64,000 bases of DNA. Source: Zancudomyces culisetae HAW-14-8 (Eukaryota; Fungi; Kickxellomycota). The translations under genes were made by a program, and so were the position numbers. The notes under the pieces are model-generated. The model was not told where the DNA came from and made no database searches. It saw only the letters and a program-made list of their open reading frames with translations. Below, in pieces: positions 58,852-64,000 of the stretch; the first letter of the stretch is position 1; every line of letters starts with the position of its first letter. The stretch is taken from positions 3,782,001 to 3,846,000 of the forward strand of contig JBNJNM010000011.1 in NCBI GenBank assembly GCA_052426225.1, written 5' to 3'.

Positions 58852-60530
58852 TGTTTTTTTTGGGGGGGTTTATTGCTTTACTCTGCCGCTTCTTCAAGCT
58901 TTGCCTATCATAAATATTGAATTTACTAGATGAACTTTTAGTCAATATCAAAACGCAGATATGACATTTTATAGAGAATGAATACGACGGTTAGTTACTG
59001 TAGAACAGATTATTGTGAGGACAGCAAACCCATGTACTACGATATTTAAGAACCTCACTCTCCAGAAAAAAAAAAGTGAAACATCCGAAAAGTGGTTTAT
59101 TCTATTTTTCGGTTTGCACACACGCCAATTTTGCTTGAAGGATGGTTCTGTCACACATTAAAGATATACATATATTTTCTCTTTTCAAATTTTATTAAAT
59201 TCAACGTGCTAATTAGTGGTTTTTCGGTCTTATTGTGAGGTTATATAGCGAAATTTCAGTTATACATCACCAACTTTTGTTCTTTTTTAGATGGCTAAAG
59301 ACAGTTAATGGTGTAAACAATCCTAACGCGCCTAGTTGGGGTTTTCACAGGTTGTATTTTTGCAATTTTGTTGCAAAAAAAAAAAGTGATATATAAACAA
59401 AAATAAAATTTAATTAGAATACAAATCGAGGTTGAAATAAAAGTCATACACTTTTGTACTTCTAGAGACGATGACCACCGCCCCTGTAACTGATAACAAA
59501 TGGCGGAGTGGTACGTGCCTGATAAACATTACATTACATTCTACCCTATTATGATACACACCTTTACCTTTGTTGCAATGCCCGGATGAGTTGATGAATT
59601 GTTATTATGTGTGTGTCAGAGTGTGGGAAAGCGACTTACTGATACAAATCTTAGGGGGTAGAGAAATGAGCTTTTCGGCGAATAAAACTTTCGATCTTTT
59701 TTTTTATAGATACCCATAGGCCATGGCGAGGGTAGGGGTACCTTGATACACTTGTGCAAATAAGAAGGAAACATGTAATGAAATGTATCTGTTTCTTTTC
59801 CCATACTATGGAGTTGGAATACTAGAAAATGAAAATGGGAAGGGTAGTGTTTCAAAGTAACAGGTTCTTTAATTTTGTCCAATTTAAAATGTTTTTGCAT
59901 GTGAAAAAGGAAGGGTGGGAAACTATAAAAAAAAGTGATGGTATATAGAATTTGCCGAGGAAAAAAACAGAGATAAGGGGTGGAGGAATAGTATTAAACA
60001 AGAAAACGTAATTCGTCATATTTTCAGAGCTTGTTGCATATTCGTCGCTGATAATATACCAAAACAATATTCGTACTTAGACCTAGCAAATTAATGTACA
60101 AGTTTGTATTGGGAGGTGGGTAATTGGCATGCTTTTTTTTTTCCAGCACAGGCCTTTCTTTCCCACCATCCACTATCCACCATCCACCATCTATCCTTCA
60201 AACATATATTCTTCATTCTTCATTATTTCTTCCCGATTCCTCATCCTTTACCTCTAATAACTGACTTCTTACCTCTTACCCCCCTCCAAAAGGCTATACC
60301 ACTGTATATGCTGTTGTTTTCTATCAACGGAATCTCCTGTCTGGGATGGGTCACGTGTGGATCTGCTTAGAATTGAGAGCAGTCATCTCCGCACATTTTG
60401 AAATAATTTATTACTTTATTCCAGTGATTAGGCCAATTTTTGCAACATTCTCATCCACCCAACTTGACAAAACACTTTTATGCAGGAATGCACAAGCCAT
60501 GCTGACAGAAAGAAAGAAAAGGTCGGGGAC

Positions 60531-60806
60531 TATAAATACCAAAAAGGAAGCTGCTTTTGAATATAAAAGAACAGCTTTTGTAGAATTATTTTTGAGTAAT
60601 ACATTTTCGCTTTCCCATACCTGAAGCAAGAATAATTAAAAATAAAAGAACAAGACTAAAACGGTACAAGAGTAATATATTATATTAAAAAAAAAGCAAA
60701 AAAAGGTGAGTCAGGTTTTGTTGTAGATACATGCGCCAGCTTATAAGATTTACACCTAATATAAACAGAACAATTCAACTAAAATAATGTAACTAAATAA
60801 CAATAG
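60531..60806 (+). promoter_or_regulatory. Candidate TATA box (60531) and 5'-UTR intron (60706-60806) of the HGD gene
   Basis: TATAAATA; AAG|GTGAGT donor; ACTAA branch candidates; CAATAG acceptor 18 nt before the ATG. Confidence 0.5.
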
Positions 60807-60824
60807 TACTTATAAAGAGGGAAG

Positions 60825-62168
60825 ATGGTATATAAATACATGACCGGTTTTGGAAACCACTTTGAAAGCGAAAGTATCAAGGGAGCACTACCAGTTGGTC
60901 AAAATACGCCAAAGAAAGCTCCACATGGGCTGTATACTGAGCAACTCTCTGGAACTGCGTTCACTGTTCCTAGGGCTGGTAATGCAAGAAGCTGGCTATA
61001 TCGGATCAGGCCTTCCGTAATACACAAGCCGTTTGTAAAGTACCACGAAAAACAGGAGGAGGAAGATATGAAGATGCACGTTACACCAGTACAGCTTCGG
61101 TGGGCGCCTTTCGAACCTAAAGTAGATGAAAAAGAAAAGGGAAAGAGCGGGAGAGTAGATTTTGTGGACGGGATGAGAAAACTATGTGAATCCGGACATC
61201 CAGAACTAAGGGAGGGGTTGGCTATTTACATCTATAATTTTAACCAAGGAATGAGCGAAGGAAAGAGAAGTTTTTTTAGTTCTGACGGAGATTTCTTGAT
61301 AGTGCCACAGGAAGGAGGATTGCTTATACAGACAGAGTTTGGAAATATGGAAGTTAGGCCATTGGAGATTGCAGTTATACAATGTGGAATGAAATTTACC
61401 GTAAATAAGATAGACGGGGAAAGCAACTTGGAATATTTCCGTGGGTATATACTTGAAGTGTATAGTGGACATTTCTCACTACCCGACTTGGGGCCAATTG
61501 GAGCCAATGGTCTGGCAAATCCACGCGATTTTCTAGTTCCAGTTGCGCGATATGAGAAGATAGACACAGGGGTAGAGTATCAGATCATAAATAAGATGCA
61601 AGGGCAGTACTTTAAAGCGACACAAGCCCACAGTCCATATGATGTTGTCGCATGGCACGGAAACTATGTTCCATATAAATACGACCTCACTAAATTTTGT
61701 GTTGTCAACTCGGTTAGCTACGACCATCTCGACCCAAGTATCTTCACCGTGTTGACTTGCAAGTCTACAAGGCCCGGCACAGCTGTGGCTGATTTTGTAA
61801 TTTTTCCACCACGTTTTGCTGTCCAGAAAAACACATTTAGACCACCATACTTTCATCGAAACGTAATGACTGAGTTTATGGGTCTAATTTCTGGTCACTA
61901 TGAGGCCAAAAAAGAAGGATTTATGCCTGGTGGTGCCAGTCTACATAGTATGGCAATTCCACATGGACCAGATACAGCAACAGTTAAGCGTGAGTCGTGT
62001 AGGGTCGATGAACCAGAACGTGTTGCGGAGGGAACGATGTCGTTTATGTTTGAGTCAATGTTCCAAATGAAAGTTGCAGACTGGGCCCTGAACAAAGATG
62101 GGAAAGTGGACGAGAATTATCACAAGGCCTGGGAGGACATGCCGGTGACCTTTACTGAATCTGAGTAG
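60825..62168 (+). CDS. HGD: Homogentisate 1,2-dioxygenase (447 aa)
   Basis: GALPVGQN.P, LYTEQLSGTAFT, WLYRIRPS, LPDLGPIGANGLANPRDF, VAWHGNY, DHLDPSIFTVLT. Iron-ligand motifs PPYFHRNVMTE and PHGPD. Confidence 0.97.
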   Translation: MVYKYMTGFGNHFESESIKGALPVGQNTPKKAPHGLYTEQLSGTAFTVPRAGNARSWLYRIRPSVIHKPFVKYHEKQEEEDMKMHVTPVQLRWAPFEPKVDEKEKGKSGRVDFVDGMRKLCESGHPELREGLAIYIYNFNQGMSEGKRSFFSSDGDFLIVPQEGGLLIQTEFGNMEVRPLEIAVIQCGMKFTVNKIDGESNLEYFRGYILEVYSGHFSLPDLGPIGANGLANPRDFLVPVARYEKIDTGVEYQIINKMQGQYFKATQAHSPYDVVAWHGNYVPYKYDLTKFCVVNSVSYDHLDPSIFTVLTCKSTRPGTAVADFVIFPPRFAVQKNTFRPPYFHRNVMTEFMGLISGHYEAKKEGFMPGGASLHSMAIPHGPDTATVKRESCRVDEPERVAEGTMSFMFESMFQMKVADWALNKDGKVDENYHKAWEDMPVTFTESE

Positions 62169-62419
62169 ACGTTTTTTTTTTATTTTCCATTTTTTCGTTT
62201 TTCTTTTTCGCAAACTCATAACTAATCCTTGATTATTTTCTCCTTGAATTGGCAGAGAGGTAGTTTTTGGTTGATCAAAATAAAGTTAACTAAAGAGTTT
62301 AATTAACAGTAAAAAAAATAATTGGTGTATTTATAAAAGTTGGAAATAAAAAATAGTATTAATATTATAGACATTATTAAGTAAAAAATGACAAAAAGAG
62401 GAATAATAGTTAATTAGGT

Positions 62420-64000
62420 TCAATCACGGCCAAACGGATATTGGAATGGCTCGGGAGGGGGGCCAACATTTGCATCATCGCTATTGTTCGCAGATTCAGA
62501 GGCGGCTGCGGATTTTGCAGCTGCGTCAGCTTCGTTTGCGGCCTGAACCAATGCGCTTGGAATCAAATCGACGGGTGAGTCAGGAGAATTGTCGACAAGC
62601 AAGACAATTCCCGAAAGTGAGCCGGATTTGACAGGCGAGTATCTGGCATCGGTGGGCCACGAGAGATAAGGTTCTTGAGCAGGTAGAACTCTGGATAGGT
62701 TAGAGACACGGTTTGGAGCAGAAGGAGACGAAGGTTGGGTTTGTTTTTTGGGCTTTGGGGTTTCTGGTTTTGGAGAGGCGGGTTTGGTGGAGGCTGAGAG
62801 AGAGGTCTTGGGCTTAGACTTGGTAAAGGACAAAGCTACAGGAGCAGAAGATTTTGAAGCAACAGAGACTGCAGGTTTGAAGGGAGGAGGGTAAGCAAAC
62901 AGAGAAGGCTTTGCAGAAGAGTCCAAATAAAGATTTGGCAAGTCGAGGTTCTTGTCAACAGCAATGATGGCAGTTGGAGAAAACGCAAGAGGTAAGAAGT
63001 GGGCATACGGGAACCACGACCAGAACTGTGTCATCAATAGCAACCCTACACACGATTGAACATTTGGAGTTGAAGAACTGGTCAGCAGCCGGATGGAGAC
63101 ATTCCTTCCACCAGCATCCAAAATACCCTGGGCAATAACTGCGCCAACTTTTGTGGAGACATCTTCGTTTTTGTTGGAAATAACTTGGGTCAGCTTGGTT
63201 CGGAACTGGGCTGCCTTGGGATTTGTAGCCTCAGTTGCCTGCATCAAAACCAGCGACATGGCCAACAAGGCGCCTTGGCGAACATAGTCGGCGGAATCAC
63301 GAAGCATAGGCTCGACTATTTCGATTGCTTCTGGCGACCCTGATGAAGCCAATCCTATTCCCAACGCAAGAGCAGCTCCATATCTCACATGTGGGTTGTA
63401 GCTAGCAGACAGTAGCTGAACCATCGATGGGATTTGATCCGGAGAGTTGAGAAGTACATAGCCCAGCCCAATAGTAGCATTCCGTCGCACATCGTCGTTT
63501 ACATCACTAACTGCCATATGCAGCAGTCTGGAGATAGCTGTGTTTGAGCCTGTTGCAGTGTATGCTGTAGAAACAGTCAAGACACCAGCGTATCGAAGCA
63601 GTGGATCTTCGTCATTACATAACTCTTCAATCAGTCGCTCAGCAGTGTCTCGTGTCCCAAACATCACCAAACTAATTCCAATTGCAAGCCCTCGGATAAT
63701 CTTCTCGTGCTTAGTCTCTTTCGCATAGTGCAGTATATCCTCAATCGCCTGTTCCGAACCGCTGCCAAGCATAACCATTCCCATAGCCAATCCCGCCGCT
63801 TCTCCCGCAATTGCACTGTCGCTATAAAGCACTGATTTTAGGCTTTCGTATAATTCGCCATGTTGGCTCCCCATAGCAACTGTTCCCAACCCCAAACATG
63901 CGCCATGTTGCAAGACCTCTTGATCCTTTGTTTGGTAGTGTGTAAGCGCATCTTGAAGATAGCTTATCACCTCCTCATTTGTTGTCTTGGCATTAATCAA
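62420..64000 (-). CDS. RPN2: 26S proteasome regulatory subunit Rpn2/PSMD1, 3' part only (5' end outside the window)
   Basis: PC repeats (QHGACLGLG, AGEAAGLAMG, KHEKIIRGLA, SDVNDDVRR, SYNPHVRYGAALALG), QGILDAGGRNV, FWSWFP, LFAYPP and the C-terminal PPEPFQY motif. Confidence 0.97.
   Translation of the reverse strand: MINAKTTNEEVISYLQDALTHYQTKDQEVLQHGACLGLGTVAMGSQHGELYESLKSVLYSDSAIAGEAAGLAMGMVMLGSGSEQAIEDILHYAKETKHEKIIRGLAIGISLVMFGTRDTAERLIEELCNDEDPLLRYAGVLTVSTAYTATGSNTAISRLLHMAVSDVNDDVRRNATIGLGYVLLNSPDQIPSMVQLLSASYNPHVRYGAALALGIGLASSGSPEAIEIVEPMLRDSADYVRQGALLAMSLVLMQATEATNPKAAQFRTKLTQVISNKNEDVSTKVGAVIAQGILDAGGRNVSIRLLTSSSTPNVQSCVGLLLMTQFWSWFPYAHFLPLAFSPTAIIAVDKNLDLPNLYLDSSAKPSLFAYPPPFKPAVSVASKSSAPVALSFTKSKPKTSLSASTKPASPKPETPKPKKQTQPSSPSAPNRVSNLSRVLPAQEPYLSWPTDARYSPVKSGSLSGIVLLVDNSPDSPVDLIPSALVQAANEADAAAKSAAASESANNSDDANVGPPPEPFQYPFGRD

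Noticed and set aside
59468-59516. Hairpin starting ATGA with AA 13 nt later (SECIS-like), downstream of a TGA-ending ORF
   Set aside because: The 3' GA of the non-Watson-Crick quartet is missing, and the upstream protein is not a selenoprotein family.
5101-62168. Possible metabolic cluster (CoA-transferase, flavoprotein, ACSF3, HGD) or cell-cycle cluster (APC7, Wee1, Dml1, Rpn2)
   Set aside because: The genes are widely separated by unrelated housekeeping genes, and no shared pathway or motif is evident.
1-64000. Transposons, rRNA, CRISPR arrays, U12-type introns
   Set aside because: No transposase or RT motifs, LTRs, rRNA signatures or repeat-spacer arrays were seen. All modelled introns are ordinary GT-AG without the U12 consensus.

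Overview
AT-rich eukaryotic genomic DNA with short GT-AG introns (about 70-240 nt, CTAAC/CTAAT-type branch points). Gene content and intron style point to an early-diverging fungus; a Kickxellomycotina/Harpellales-type insect-gut fungus is my guess, not proven. I could build 18 protein-coding genes, 9 of them with spliced coding regions that the ORF track fragments. In order: APC7-like TPR protein, CoA-transferase III, a giant secreted Pro/Gln-repeat protein with two CBM19-like modules, an orphan coiled-coil protein, a GPI-anchored 8-Cys protein, Wee1-family kinase, Misato/Dml1, a COG2907-type flavoprotein, NELF-C/D (TH1), a 2-TM orphan, an A20/AN1 zinc finger, a Pex22-like protein, RPL18, ACSF3-type malonyl-CoA synthetase, Rab7, a second coiled-coil orphan, homogentisate dioxygenase and the 3' part of RPN2. 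There is also a tandem tRNA-Lys(CTT)/tRNA-Arg(TCT) pair. The most interesting items are: (1) a multi-helix, possibly two-state RNA structure in RPL18 intron 1; (2) a modular chitin-binding/(PQ)66/Gln-rich secreted protein that could be a holdfast adhesive; (3) animal-type components absent from yeasts (NELF-C/D, APC7); (4) a probable dicistronic tRNA pair sharing an identical 25-nt block. No mobile element, rRNA or CRISPR array was recognised. All family calls come from motif recognition by eye; no searches were run.
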